Part shown: one piece after another, positions 14,501-21,189 of the stretch
Position numbering within the stretch: the stretch's first letter is position 1
Layout of the letters: each line of letters begins with the position of its first letter
Virus record (IMG/VR): IMGVR_UViG_3300033145_003233
Coordinates: 483,944 to 547,943 of that record
Direction: 5' to 3' (one strand)
DNA length: 64,000 nt
Position numbers and translations under genes: made by a program
The notes under the pieces: generated by a model
What the model saw: the letters and a program-made list of their open reading frames with translations, nothing else
What the model was told of the DNA's origin: nothing
Database searches by the model: none

Positions 14501-17500
14501 AATAGATTGAGCTATATCTCTCGTTGTGCCTACATCTCTTGGGGCCATCTCTTTTTTAGTCTTATTAGCCTCGGAAGCTATTTGTCTTACAAATTGATCG
14601 GTAACATGGGACTCTAAAGCTGCTCCTTTTAGATATTTATTAGCACCAACCGCTAACGTCTCAGCATGACCTGCCATTGTAGCCTCAGCCTGTCTACTCA
14701 AACCTTCTAGTTGATCATAAAATACATCTCTTTCGGCTCTTTCAAATTGCCTCCATCCTCCAGTTTCCTTAGTCACTCCCATTCTTGAAGCAGTTAAGGT
14801 ATCATAAGCCATAGCCCACGCATCTCTTCCACCAGATGCTATAAACTGACCAAACTGATTCATTTTAACAGCGCCGACTCCAACATTTTCTGCAATATCT
14901 CCAAAAGCATCCCGAAGAGCAAAAGCACCACTAGCTGCTGATCTAACTGATCCCTCTAATCTCATAATCTGAGCAGTATTTTGCTCAGCATTCATTATAA
15001 TTTCACTAAATCCTTCTGCCCCTACATTCATAGCAGAAATAACAGAAATCCACCTATCTCTTAAAGCTTTTACAGCTTGTGCTTGACGCATTTGAGCATT
15101 AGCTATCCCTGTTTCCAACTCAACAACCTTCGCTTTTGCTCTAATATTTTCAGAAGATCCATCTTTAAATTTTCTAATAATTGCCGTTTGCACTGATAGT
15201 TGTTTTTGTAACACATCTATATTTTTTCCTTCTGCTTTATATGCCCTTACCCTCATTTCAGCGCTAGCCCCAACACCGATGGCATAATTATCTGCCAATT
15301 GAACTAAAACACTAGACTTTTGAGCAACAGCTTCAGTATATTTTAACTGATCTTGAAATATATTACCCGCCTGCAAAAGAATCTTTGTGCGTTCAACAAC
15401 TTTTTGATTTATCCTATCTTCTGCTTGAAGAATAACCTTATCAATAGCCGCCTGATCAAGAAGCCCTACCTTCATATCAACAAGAGTTTGAAACATGCCC
15501 TGTTCTTGTTTGCTTCTTTTTTCATTAGATGCTTCTTTCCTTGCGTCTAACCCTTCTGATATTTTCATTAATGCAACCATATCCTGTTGAGCAACAATCT
15601 CCTGGTTCAAGAATAACAATGATTTTTCAATTGCTCCAGTCATGACACTAAAATCTATTTGTCCAGTGATGGACATTTTTTCTATAATATTACTAAGATA
15701 AGATGTTTGAGCTTGATACAAACCATTAATAGCAGCTACAACATCCTTTTGTTTCTGAACTACAGTAGTTATGCCATCCATTCTACCTGCTATAACTGCT
15801 TGCAGCCTAGAAAGTCGCTTATACTCATCATTTCCTTCTTCTATAGTTTCAACGATCTCATGTAAATTTTTAACTCTTTTCTGACCTTTCTTAATAATAG
15901 TTTCTGCTATTCTAATTTGAGGAAGGTCTAAATCTTTTCTTCTAGTCTCAAGCAACGTCTTGGCCCTATTGATCTTCTCCTGCTCTTGCTCCATAACTCT
16001 TTGAACAGCATCTGTTGAAGTCTCTTTGCCGACTAAATCTACATCAATATCAAAATATTTTAACTTAAATTTGCTAAGAATCTCTTTATCTATTTTTTTT
16101 CTCTGCTCATCTAAAACTGTATTGGCATCAATTAACTCTGTAGACACTTGCCTATATAGGGCGTTAATAGCCTTTCCTCCTGTTACGGCAGCGATATCCT
16201 CATCTCTCACTTTTTTAATATCAACTTGTAGATTTTTGAGTTCTGCTGCTTTTGTGCCCATTTTTGCCAATTCTTCTTTGAAATCTGGAGGGATCTTTGC
16301 TTTTACCTCTGCCTCAATTTTTCCCTTTTTGCCAAGCAAATTTTCTATGCCGATACCAACTGACTTCCATTGGGTAGCTGCTCCAATTATACCTCCAGCT
16401 ACTCCCCCTAAAGCAGTCCCGATACCTGGAGCTATAAAAGTTCCTATAGTGGCTCCAATTTTAGCCCCACTAGCAAGAGCCAATCCAGCTCCCGCTAGAC
16501 CTACTGCTCCAGCGGCTTGACGATGCCCTCCTCTTTCTAATGCTTCTGCTCCTCTACCTGCTGCCCATGAGCCTCCAGCTAATAGACCTCCTGCTCCTAG
16601 TCCCTTAAGGGCGGTTAAGCCTCTTGCTTTAAATAATCCTTGGAGACCCATTGGGGCAATAGCTGGTACAGGTGCTTTCAAACGCCCGACACCTTTTGTC
16701 GAGAGTTTTTGCATAAGTGCCATTTCTTTAAGATTTACAACTTTAACTCTCACAGGAGCACCAACTGCCCCAGTGACCATTCCGAGCATTCCTCTACCCT
16801 TACCAAATGATCCAGCCCCACCTGCCTTAGCAGCTTTAGCTAACCCACCACCGCCACCTAATAAACTACCTGCCATACCCCCGCCAAGAGTAGCAATAAA
16901 TCCACCAGCAATTTTCAAACCGGCATAAGCAAGACCAACCTTCCCCAATGTTCCAAGCCACGACTTAGTTCCTTCTCTAATTTCTCTTAAGAAATCAGTA
17001 ACATGGGCTAAGTAAGGTAGAATAGACTCCCCAACTGCCAAACCAACAAACTCAATTTGACGTTGAAATTCTTGAGCAGCTTGAATATTCCTTTCCATCT
17101 CTCTTTGACGAGTTTTATCAGAACCTATGATCTGTTGATTACCACTTATATAGGAAGAAAGTTGCTTATATTGAGCATCTGTAATTTTGCCAATAAAATA
17201 TAAATTTCTTATTCTATTTTTAAGTGAGATCTTTTCTGCTGCATCTAAAGTGGCCCCCACTTTAGATAAATTAGCTAATCCCATAGCCAATGATGGATAT
17301 TCTTGAGAAACAGCAGCTATAGCACCTTGCATTTTTCCTATAGCCTGAGCATTAGCTCCAACAATATTCCTAGTTCTTTTTAGAATATCCTCAAATTGAC
17401 TAAGAGATATAAACCTCATACCTGTCTGAAATTCATCAAATAATTGAATCGTCTCTTTTCTAGTAAGACTTACTGAAGAAGCTACTCTTGCTAAAGTTCC

Positions 17501-17944
17501 TTCTAAATAAGACAGCCCTATCCCCAAACGATTAACACTAGCAGACACATCAAGAAGTGATTTATTATAATCTACTGTTAGACGAAGTGCCGACCCAAAA
17601 CTAGCGGGCATAACCATATGCTTAAAAGCTGCCTTTGCCTCAGCACCAGTTGACCGTAACCCACCCCTAAGATTTTCTATAGCCCTTGTTGTTGCTTTTA
17701 CTTGTTTTTGTTCTCGCTTTAGACCATCAATAGCAATCTTATTTCTTGCTTTATACCCGCCTATAAGCGTTTTAACAGCCTTATCTAGACCCCCATATTG
17801 TATCTTTAAAGCATTTACATTACGGAGTGCCTCTTTCTCTTTGTTGCATATTTCTTGAAAGGCCGCTGCTGCATCTGGAACCCCAGACACTGCCAGCATT
17901 ATTTCTAGTCTATTAAAAAATTCTTGTTGTTCTTGATCGGGCAT
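2525..17944 (-). CDS. Giant tape-measure-like protein, 5139 aa
   Basis: Follows tail tube and G/GT chaperones. N-terminal ~1100 aa is helical with a Gly/Ala-rich amphipathic segment (GAKIGATIGTFIAPGIGTALGGVAGGIIGAA), followed by long internal repeat arrays. Confidence 0.75.
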   Translation of the reverse strand: MPDQEQQEFFNRLEIMLAVSGVPDAAAAFQEICNKEKEALRNVNALKIQYGGLDKAVKTLIGGYKARNKIAIDGLKREQKQVKATTRAIENLRGGLRSTGAEAKAAFKHMVMPASFGSALRLTVDYNKSLLDVSASVNRLGIGLSYLEGTLARVASSVSLTRKETIQLFDEFQTGMRFISLSQFEDILKRTRNIVGANAQAIGKMQGAIAAVSQEYPSLAMGLANLSKVGATLDAAEKISLKNRIRNLYFIGKITDAQYKQLSSYISGNQQIIGSDKTRQREMERNIQAAQEFQRQIEFVGLAVGESILPYLAHVTDFLREIREGTKSWLGTLGKVGLAYAGLKIAGGFIATLGGGMAGSLLGGGGGLAKAAKAGGAGSFGKGRGMLGMVTGAVGAPVRVKVVNLKEMALMQKLSTKGVGRLKAPVPAIAPMGLQGLFKARGLTALKGLGAGGLLAGGSWAAGRGAEALERGGHRQAAGAVGLAGAGLALASGAKIGATIGTFIAPGIGTALGGVAGGIIGAATQWKSVGIGIENLLGKKGKIEAEVKAKIPPDFKEELAKMGTKAAELKNLQVDIKKVRDEDIAAVTGGKAINALYRQVSTELIDANTVLDEQRKKIDKEILSKFKLKYFDIDVDLVGKETSTDAVQRVMEQEQEKINRAKTLLETRRKDLDLPQIRIAETIIKKGQKRVKNLHEIVETIEEGNDEYKRLSRLQAVIAGRMDGITTVVQKQKDVVAAINGLYQAQTSYLSNIIEKMSITGQIDFSVMTGAIEKSLLFLNQEIVAQQDMVALMKISEGLDARKEASNEKRSKQEQGMFQTLVDMKVGLLDQAAIDKVILQAEDRINQKVVERTKILLQAGNIFQDQLKYTEAVAQKSSVLVQLADNYAIGVGASAEMRVRAYKAEGKNIDVLQKQLSVQTAIIRKFKDGSSENIRAKAKVVELETGIANAQMRQAQAVKALRDRWISVISAMNVGAEGFSEIIMNAEQNTAQIMRLEGSVRSAASGAFALRDAFGDIAENVGVGAVKMNQFGQFIASGGRDAWAMAYDTLTASRMGVTKETGGWRQFERAERDVFYDQLEGLSRQAEATMAGHAETLAVGANKYLKGAALESHVTDQFVRQIASEANKTKKEMAPRDVGTTRDIAQSIAAGGATGGFQMGPGFQKIQLPPVKMDSKWLRALREAPKGTASRLIINEKRDAIPVYVVNISDLRNLRDVGIGREIKATVRGEDVTPGPMQPKAVAPSSTFKFHEALTALSASEKTKAEGIIHLEKYVKMDEEIDVAEILSTGNLSKEGEKYFKAIQKIGVEVIDQVRMQELISRTREIMAYDELKAATLKEGMLTTLNERMRVLGTAGADSFKWRSKAVELETEIVAHRKKALFLAQSQLAGQREIQGDISSSQRKEAQFKKNITDEVKQQARFMRVLFQGMAVSMDGIEGAVEEKIVKDPLKIYYQNITKEIIRISKEYNLPPEKVLTYYTGFTKEIMRVAKEQNLPPLEVITRYSGFTREIKRFADEVGLPSKKVPEIFSGFVSEIYRVAELTEQPPKRVEEIIVGYTKVLQRYATDKGLSLEELLINYEGITSGVDAVKREVIEFGLNTDDLFLAYSGETAAKDRITRNIVEVTKMPEEVEVQYDNIINKFRPHLEHVNIPPSKIPVMLRGIKDSFIQYTLYGDEIPKQISGEVQGVKESILQYVSYTTLPSEKIPAFIKRAITSYAQSMEYKDLPPAQIPTYVTDFINNIKQYASYTVIPPEKVNMEVDKFIESYRQEAQYPEKISQEVQFFVRDVMADFTQTAYYPIKPPAKANAWLTNIINSWNQKVVYGEVPPEEIPGYMSGAIDRLKQYVEYDDEQFPHEKVHAEIINIIRDFKQKAEYKPVSDEVQLFVTDLMESITQRAVYPLMPSEKIRTFVKDTLRFYQQRLVYSDLPEENIPSFISGFINDINQLVKYKEIPPEDVSATIKGVIQEYKQESRYKDFPIEVDFFISDVISSMIQHADYQTEISDKITMAVENVKKFTKQEAVYIQDIPEEILTFVRDAKSSFVQHMKYEQLPKYRVPAFIQGAIELYNQHLRYTELPDKIIPASIKEVITQFEQYFSYADIPENKIDVVVRKVIDSFTQYGDYRTLPREVSLFLEGAIDEFTQSIEYKDAIPETMDAILTGAQKSFVQNILYSELPDSQIPGFVKQYLKYLRQSVIYRELPPRSVVGVMHNFETAFDQWAIYQEDVPKEVQAFIRGSKAAFVQRVTYEDFPPEIIKGIIKDSMSALRQVVDYREVPPRNIPASIRNVMEDLTQYATYEDVPKTRFEVILRRLKESFTQYAMYPDLPKEAQIFLDGSIEAFAQRATYLKLPEEEVPGLISDYIKSFVQHIYYDEIPPENIPAYIQEIIKEFRSTVQYQDLPPERVETFVENYVSSFRQEAVYKEAPPIYLHTKIYDAIDSFNQFVKYGILPPEEVAMKLSGWRDQFVSKIVEENIPPEKSALIFTGWRDILKSELEIEENPFDVLVKVFSRVEEATTDVAIRLQQSINAAASNLGIRSDQFVMDYSPIYKIIEDISDSADVSIDSVFDTFRQLNDIILSVGIPDVDAGSIKKVQATLIRQSSAIFESINKQIEALDNVDIQVIFDALPDVVSMLAKSEPEKDVDLDISKFPDEIKAKLLGIPDAEILLTGIAETIKVPVKQGDISGLEVVAYYEVAEQFVKIPTIVEGEVKPSILQFPEQDVYNLFTELNNLITSVYVPKVDPQRIRAIEDTLRKQSAEIFRSIEQQIEGLNDEQVRVIFKALPEVVSMMVESEPTPLVKLDISSFPDGIAADLQDIPRAEIKLTEIARIIRVPVEEGDLSGVEVKAYYDIAEQIIKLPTQIEGDIKPSVLQFPEDDVVALFNRLNTLITSVYVPKVDPAHLAKVQDTFKKHSSAIFESLHEEIDGLKDTDVKVIFEALPTIISMMAKSEDPTKPVELDISNFPDEVRAKLEKIEEPMVKLEGIAKSIQIPARQNFSDLEIEAFYNIAEQVVDMPVVVQGQVDPTVLRFPEEDVMRIFERLNYVIASTYVPKVNLEEVKNIQETIKEQSSIIFKSIKDQIETLDDSDVEVLFRALPHTIAMTAKTPLTDPILLDISSFPGELPVELAEVPPVKTALTDIAETVRIPIVEGEMRGLEVTAYYKLLQEVIKIPAKVEGDIRIPILQFSDDDVYNLFNKLDTAISSIEIRDVDPDSIKKVQATLFKQSTAIFGSIEKQIQGLNNLEIDVLYEALPSVVSMLAESKPEQIVDLDISKLPGTIEGRLEKMPDAVFALTEIAKTIKVPVKDGNLRDIEAEAYYDVAELIVAMPTKVRGEPSAAVLRFPDKIEKVLLKTKVIEKPEEAHVIIKSLEDVYKVTADIRIPDMLPVVARNLGYDSEIEFESDFSPVFNSIKEMSMATGRSVDEIFDAMKSWPNKIDNIFSDFNIDERRIDKIKRASEIKMEDIYISLGKAFSHNIMAINEINPQLNKVVDKVFEKTFDDISSEDRQIIIKSIPEVLELYGDPENIERKVKTVVEDAPEKIGLRAIDVPTVTAILSQVPREVALDLDKQNLRGLEAEAYVKNLVTEFSILADWSKLPTEVVFKLPQVLDSILLNAQLPQEVDVSTILDLTEEAYHVVGDVEGTDRRPSVLITNVDKVFEVELPTPDLTKELNMMATSMNISTTKLLTDFGGLNRKITDISLATSQPFDDVLARAIRFSSSLDDRLKRVGKSWGLDDTQIIKIKEAAVDSAQRISNVLKTKFEGLADITLPNNVSALELIAKNVPEFIELTAKDEFDKKYRYDILLQGMPEEVTMQGVTKRIPRVEFEVEELSDAILVPIDDRELDWKGVKAYVEAIKLLYRKEDVTIGEPPELAVLFNMDKMNVPAEKATAVLGNLQKFYEKIKEVDIEITDTPTIILQNIAKSYVQPDVQTPVGEMTDLLDSLAESMMIVDASDKAKFVNSFDELNTAASNMSLKMGISISDIADLYNKFAGEKAPELNVDFGKIVKDSFADIKLPREKFDDFKEQMVFSASKILSSISGQIQDGLPPDIVTVIIKEMPHLFTAAVDVKNRPERAEIVLKDVEKYLEYEAGTEINTSSIKDIFDSISQAIYEPVGKLGLVETRIDEYKNRVLDLVEKTLLGINAENIGVIGKTAKYILNFSEVDKLINETISELRVDFEEIIDPDKIDKGVLMSSLIKFHQDFETYIRSPQKMLSAIHIPEGVESIDIGLPMDKLARLFPNIEVEINEATRALNLDKQQFVKYFSEFYRSVNDFSEETGVSISNFLESIIGTATSAEEIVEGVGKVPVITLDIGKKNYDRIYNELKSIVDAMEIETKDVRFKDLLVNFGNVYSSTRDIVANTQAFINKAEKTSSFLQELSIDGILSKEEINRIREGIYTSPDFDFDQMNGAIDRLGEFGKTVQEATNNVSDMKNVYDGLKGSGSMSIKEIRVAHGVVAKAQKDLGIAQEDFDDELGNIISRFLSQYKKSASEQKGSVMALASVQLEQEVSKSAGRKFAMGREEEIIAEGGKPGLVASGLSTEYLDKAKEIQAPYERKTREIQDVDKVIETKNREMTHLENILYAPDTGIITLEGKLDLTGKSEAARQKVRDEGAKIAAQIQTLREQADKVALMIREEPREEKEIEKYEGVPPGFTIGAPSLKAIRRKKIKTQREKKTPSYMYLQAFKQYEESGSDEDEGVLVRMERETGVGVGKEWSREVHAKTIKEGEASGDIIKNLSDELIADAAANREQWEKNRRVYDSKIEGLKDQPPFQYAQAAEAGRDDTKRKLETVYSEREGLFAQRSRLQIEQEKIGRTEVATMPAPQTIIVPSEDTARIAVVPPEAPAAPGAVREVEGYVDWEKRREREQEKIVAKRGVGPKVSRRRGARGREAGEGRRTRLDIMMGREYQPRPSRSERRMEHRLSRDDGRRGGGRTIRPTRRMPPRIGEEEEFGRWEQLMPPKMFGLLRSGEAMPGEREAPQEVKVAVGREAPQEVKVAVGREAPQEVKVAVGREAPQEVKVAIEREALQEVKVGADLVGRPGREGVTSEVSARGQQLLIPTESVYGTDPTKPVFSEAEKGLISAPTSANTVTVVLENARFDINISGLNDLSTKVAKGINTALHEAVPGMMSETLGTYSA
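2847..3020 (-). repeat. 36-bp tandem repeat, about 5 copies, encoding REAPQEVKVAVG near the TMP C-terminus
   Basis: Unit ctaccttaacttcttgaggagcttctctcccaacag is near-identical in the central copies; flanking copies are degenerate. Confidence 0.95.
7920..10210 (-). repeat. Five ~155-aa protein-level repeats inside TMP
   Basis: Units start PDVDAGSIKKVQ / PKVDPQRIRAIE / PKVDPAHLAKVQ / PKVNLEEVKNIQ / RDVDPDSIKKVQ, spaced ~465-470 nt. Each has QSxxIFxSIxxQI, ALPxxxSM, DISxFP and AYY motifs. Boundaries approximate. Confidence 0.85.
10490..13590 (-). repeat. About 40 degenerate ~25-aa repeats inside TMP with a ~99-aa higher-order period
   Basis: Recurrent QxxxYxxxP every 24-27 aa; about every fourth unit carries E[VIA]xxF[VIL]. 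Boundaries approximate. Confidence 0.8.
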
Positions 17945-18019
17945 AATTAACTCGTATGAAATAAAGTATTATGTATGATTTGTAATACCATTTTTTTAAA
18001 AATATACCTTTATTTTTGC

Positions 18020-18060
18020 AAAAAATAGAAAAGAGGTAATAGAGAACTATTACCTCTTTC
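18020..18060 (-). terminator. Rho-independent terminator upstream of TMP gene
   Basis: Perfect 13-bp stem AAAGAGGTAATAG/CTATTACCTCTTT, 4-nt loop, U-rich tail on minus strand. Confidence 0.85.
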
Positions 18061-18091
18061 AAACGGGATTAAAATACGACACACCAATAAA

Positions 18092-18511
18092 TTATGATAA
18101 AATACCACCTGTTTCCAAATCTATTTGAATTCCTATAGCATTAGCAATTACCGGATGTAATTGTTGTATTTCCGCTTCTGTGGGTTTTTCATCTGTCCCT
18201 TTTAGATTCCAATTTTTTATAAGAGCAGTAATTTTCTTATATCTAGCTAAAACAGGATTAAAATTAACACTCATTTCATCTGTAACACTAAATATAGAAT
18301 CATATAAACCCATGGTATCACCAAATGATGGTTTCCTAAATACTGCCTGATAATCAGCCACCTCAAATGCACCAGTATCATAGCCCATATTTTGTAATGA
18401 CTCTATAAGGGAACCTTTTTTAAGGTCACAGAAGATAGTACCATCCTTGTCTGTAGCAACAGTAAATTTAACAACGAATTCATCATCTTCTTTCACAAAT
18501 AAGTTTTGCAT
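18092..18511 (-). CDS. Second tail-assembly-chaperone-like protein, paralog of 18741..19175
   Basis: Shares NF/FNP...IxxxxxNWN[IL]...xxIxxLxxx pattern with the 144-aa chaperone; located just before TMP. Confidence 0.6.
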   Translation of the reverse strand: MQNLFVKEDDEFVVKFTVATDKDGTIFCDLKKGSLIESLQNMGYDTGAFEVADYQAVFRKPSFGDTMGLYDSIFSVTDEMSVNFNPVLARYKKITALIKNWNLKGTDEKPTEAEIQQLHPVIANAIGIQIDLETGGILS

Positions 18512-18513
18512 TC

Positions 18514-18738
18514 TTATCTCCTCTTTTTAGATTGTTTGTTCATTCTTTCTATTTCTTGATTTTTAATTTTATTATAAGCAGAAAGAATATGTGTAATACC
18601 TTTTAAATCCTTTGATGATTCTTTTTGGCATTGACTAGGAAGCCAACCAAATTCTTTTGCTAATAAAAAATAAGTTATTTCTATTGGAACTGGCCTAACT
18701 GTAATATTGCGGCCACGAGCAAGTTCTGTCGCAGCCAT
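18514..18738 (-). CDS. Tail assembly chaperone, T segment (C-terminal part of GT fusion)
   Basis: In the -1 frame of the upstream chaperone after slippery site GGGAAAC; YFLLAKEFGWLPSQ resembles typical T segments. Confidence 0.7.
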   Translation of the reverse strand: MAATELARGRNITVRPVPIEITYFLLAKEFGWLPSQCQKESSKDLKGITHILSAYNKIKNQEIERMNKQSKKRR

Positions 18739-18740
18739 GG

Positions 18741-19175
18741 TTAGTTTCCCAGTTCTTTTTCACTATAATCAATTAAACTTTCAAATTTTTGATACAAACT
18801 AGTAACAACTGGACCAGGTAACTTATCAATCGCATCAGGAGAGACTGGAACTGGCTTCTCATTAATAGTTATATTCCAATTTCTCAAGCACCTCTTTATA
18901 ATAGCATCTCTATATGCTAAGAAATTAAATTGTCTTTCTCCTGTTTGTTGATTAACTGCCTGAGAAGATAGATTCATCACTTCGTTCTGTTCTTTCCACG
19001 TTAGCAAGCTCCAATTAGTTTCTAAAGTCTCTACAGAGTCAGATTGAGCAGGGTCATTTAACAATTCTTGTACTTTTTTATCTTCTAAAATAACCAATCT
19101 TTTTCCACTACCAACAACAGAGTACTTGTAATAAAGCTTTATTTCGATGAGATTTTGATCATCTAATAACGACAT
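18741..19175 (-). CDS. Tail assembly chaperone G
   Basis: Between tail tube and TMP; ends CTG GGA AAC TAA. Confidence 0.75.
   Translation of the reverse strand: MSLLDDQNLIEIKLYYKYSVVGSGKRLVILEDKKVQELLNDPAQSDSVETLETNWSLLTWKEQNEVMNLSSQAVNQQTGERQFNFLAYRDAIIKRCLRNWNITINEKPVPVSPDAIDKLPGPVVTSLYQKFESLIDYSEKELGN
18744..18750 (-). other. Programmed -1 ribosomal frameshift heptamer G GGA AAC
   Basis: X XXY YYZ heptamer. The -1 frame reads GGG AAA CTA ACC ATG GCT, in frame with 18514..18738. Analogous to lambda G/GT. Confidence 0.8.
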
Positions 19176-19210
19176 ATTGTTTCTCCTATAAAAATTAACA
19201 TCTTTGATTT

Positions 19211-19228
19211 TATAATATATCGGAAAAA
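19211..19228 (-). promoter_or_regulatory. Putative phage promoter motif A (TTCCGATATATTATA)
   Basis: Recurs at about 45466-45485, 30631-30648 and 61911-61928, each upstream of a gene start; two copies follow terminators. Confidence 0.45.
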
Positions 19229-19283
19229 AGGGGGAGTTTCATAAAAAAATGTGATAAAATTACAAATAAGGGGATATAAAGTA

Positions 19284-19319
19284 GGACAAAAGACAGCTAT
19301 ATTAAGCCGCCTTTTGTCC
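19284..19319 (-). terminator. Hairpin terminator after tail tube gene
   Basis: 15-bp stem GGACAAAAGGCGGCT/AGCTGTCTTTTGTCC that pairs fully with G-U wobbles only on the minus strand. Confidence 0.7.
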
Positions 19320-19348
19320 TGCAATAATTCTATTAAATTAAACCAACC

Positions 19349-20455
19349 TTATGCACTTGCTTCATATGTGAAGACAGTATTAGCAAGGGTAGTAAGCATA
19401 GGATCGCAAACACCAGTTCCAGCTGCTGGGAGAGCATGCCAGTTTACAGTTGATTCAAAAATATCGTTAGTAAGACTCATTTCTTCAATTTCAAACACGC
19501 AGTTAGGAAGAGTCACTCCGAATGTAGCAGCACTACATCCTTCACCAGTTCCTTCCGTAGTGAAACCGAATTTGACTTTAGCAGATTCAGTACAGTTATC
19601 TTCATTACTTAATGCCACATTACCAAGAATTGGATGACGACCCATCAATACAACATTGCCAGTAATCTCTCTTTTTCTAGGAGCAATTGCCTGTGCAAAT
19701 AACTTCGTATTTAATGTATAATACCTTTCTGCATCATTATTGATATTAGCTTCAAATGATCTTACATATTGACCTCCGATAGGGGCAGTAAGCCTTCCAC
19801 CAGAAAGTTCTACTCTTGCATCATTCCAGGTAATAATTCTAGTCGTTCCAATTGTTGCTGTTTCAGAAGTAGAAGAACCTTCACAAGCATCTGAGCCATC
19901 AGAATCAGCACTTCTTGCAGGTGCATCCATAGCTCCGATAGTTTCACGGTTAACTCCGATAACATCAACAGAACAAGTAACAACATCAGATTGTGAAACA
20001 GCAAACTGCCAAGTATTAACAATACAACCCGTATATCTAAATTCAGATTCATTGTGAGGCAGTGAATTAGAAGCAGCATATTTTACATCAATGTCAAACG
20101 GGCTAAGAACACCAGCATTAGTTCTAGTAACAGCGTATCTGTAAAGAATTTCAAACAAAGTGTAATCTTCGCCAGTAGGAACTTCATAAACAGCTGGGAA
20201 AGCAACAGTTCCATCAACTAGTTTTGGGCCTAACTGATAAACTGTTCTATCATAACGACTGTCTACTACGTCCGGTTTCGTGATTTCCTGCGTTAAATTG
20301 ATATCTGCCGTTGTAGCTCTGATAAGGTAGTTTCCATGCTGAATGGCACTAATACCATCCGAGTTTCCCTGAATAATACCTCCCAGAACTCTAACGAAGC
20401 CTACAAAGCCCATATAAGCAGGTGGGGCATTCCAAAAATTATGAGGTAGAGCCAT
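19349..20455 (-). CDS. Major tail tube protein, siphovirus-like
   Basis: 368 aa, beta-rich; VRSFEANINN...KREITGNVVL pattern typical of tube proteins; precedes chaperones and TMP. Confidence 0.75.
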   Translation of the reverse strand: MALPHNFWNAPPAYMGFVGFVRVLGGIIQGNSDGISAIQHGNYLIRATTADINLTQEITKPDVVDSRYDRTVYQLGPKLVDGTVAFPAVYEVPTGEDYTLFEILYRYAVTRTNAGVLSPFDIDVKYAASNSLPHNESEFRYTGCIVNTWQFAVSQSDVVTCSVDVIGVNRETIGAMDAPARSADSDGSDACEGSSTSETATIGTTRIITWNDARVELSGGRLTAPIGGQYVRSFEANINNDAERYYTLNTKLFAQAIAPRKREITGNVVLMGRHPILGNVALSNEDNCTESAKVKFGFTTEGTGEGCSAATFGVTLPNCVFEIEEMSLTNDIFESTVNWHALPAAGTGVCDPMLTTLANTVFTYEASA

Positions 20456-20524
20456 CTTTTTATCTCCGTTTTATATAATTAGTAATATTTATCTTAATTT
20501 TAACTTATTTATTCTAAACTAATC

Positions 20525-20959
20525 TTATGACCATGTAGCTGTAGCATATCCAGCATCTGCACATAGGTTTTTCCACCCAGTAGGCACAACATTACCGTCC
20601 CACGTAGTATTCATGTGAGTATTAATCCAGTAATTTAATTTAACCGTTGCTGTCCCTGTTTGGTCTGAGTTATTAATAACATGGTTATTAATAGCTCTCA
20701 CTGCGTCAAGAATTGAACCCGTGCTGTTAGCCAGATTAGAAGAACCAACAAATGCCGTGTTAAAAGGTGTCAAAAGCGCTAGCTCAAGCTCTAAAGCGGC
20801 ATCTGGATTAGCAGAAGGATCTGGATAACCAGTTGTACTGATATCCACGATTGCATCTACAGCCACTCTAGCTTGTGTACTAACACCAGATAGGCTATTG
20901 TCGATAGCAGCATACGCATCTGCGATAGTTTTGTATAAGTCGGGATCTATTTGAGCCAT
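20525..20959 (-). CDS. Hypothetical virion-module protein
   Basis: Strong SD (caggagaaataaaATG); located between neck and tube genes. Confidence 0.6.
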   Translation of the reverse strand: MAQIDPDLYKTIADAYAAIDNSLSGVSTQARVAVDAIVDISTTGYPDPSANPDAALELELALLTPFNTAFVGSSNLANSTGSILDAVRAINNHVINNSDQTGTATVKLNYWINTHMNTTWDGNVVPTGWKNLCADAGYATATWS

Positions 20960-21189
20960 TTTATTTCTCCTGTTTCTTGTAAATTTTATTTAACCATTTA
21001 ATATTTCAAAAATTATTCTTTATTACCTTTTTCTTATTTTTAATTATTTTTCCAATAGAGCATAACCATAATTAATCAATATAAATATACGATCTTCTGC
21101 TAGAATATCCTTTTTTTTATTTCTCCGCATTTTCAATCTACTTCATCTAATTCCATCTTTTATTATTATATCCTTTTTTATTTTTTAAA

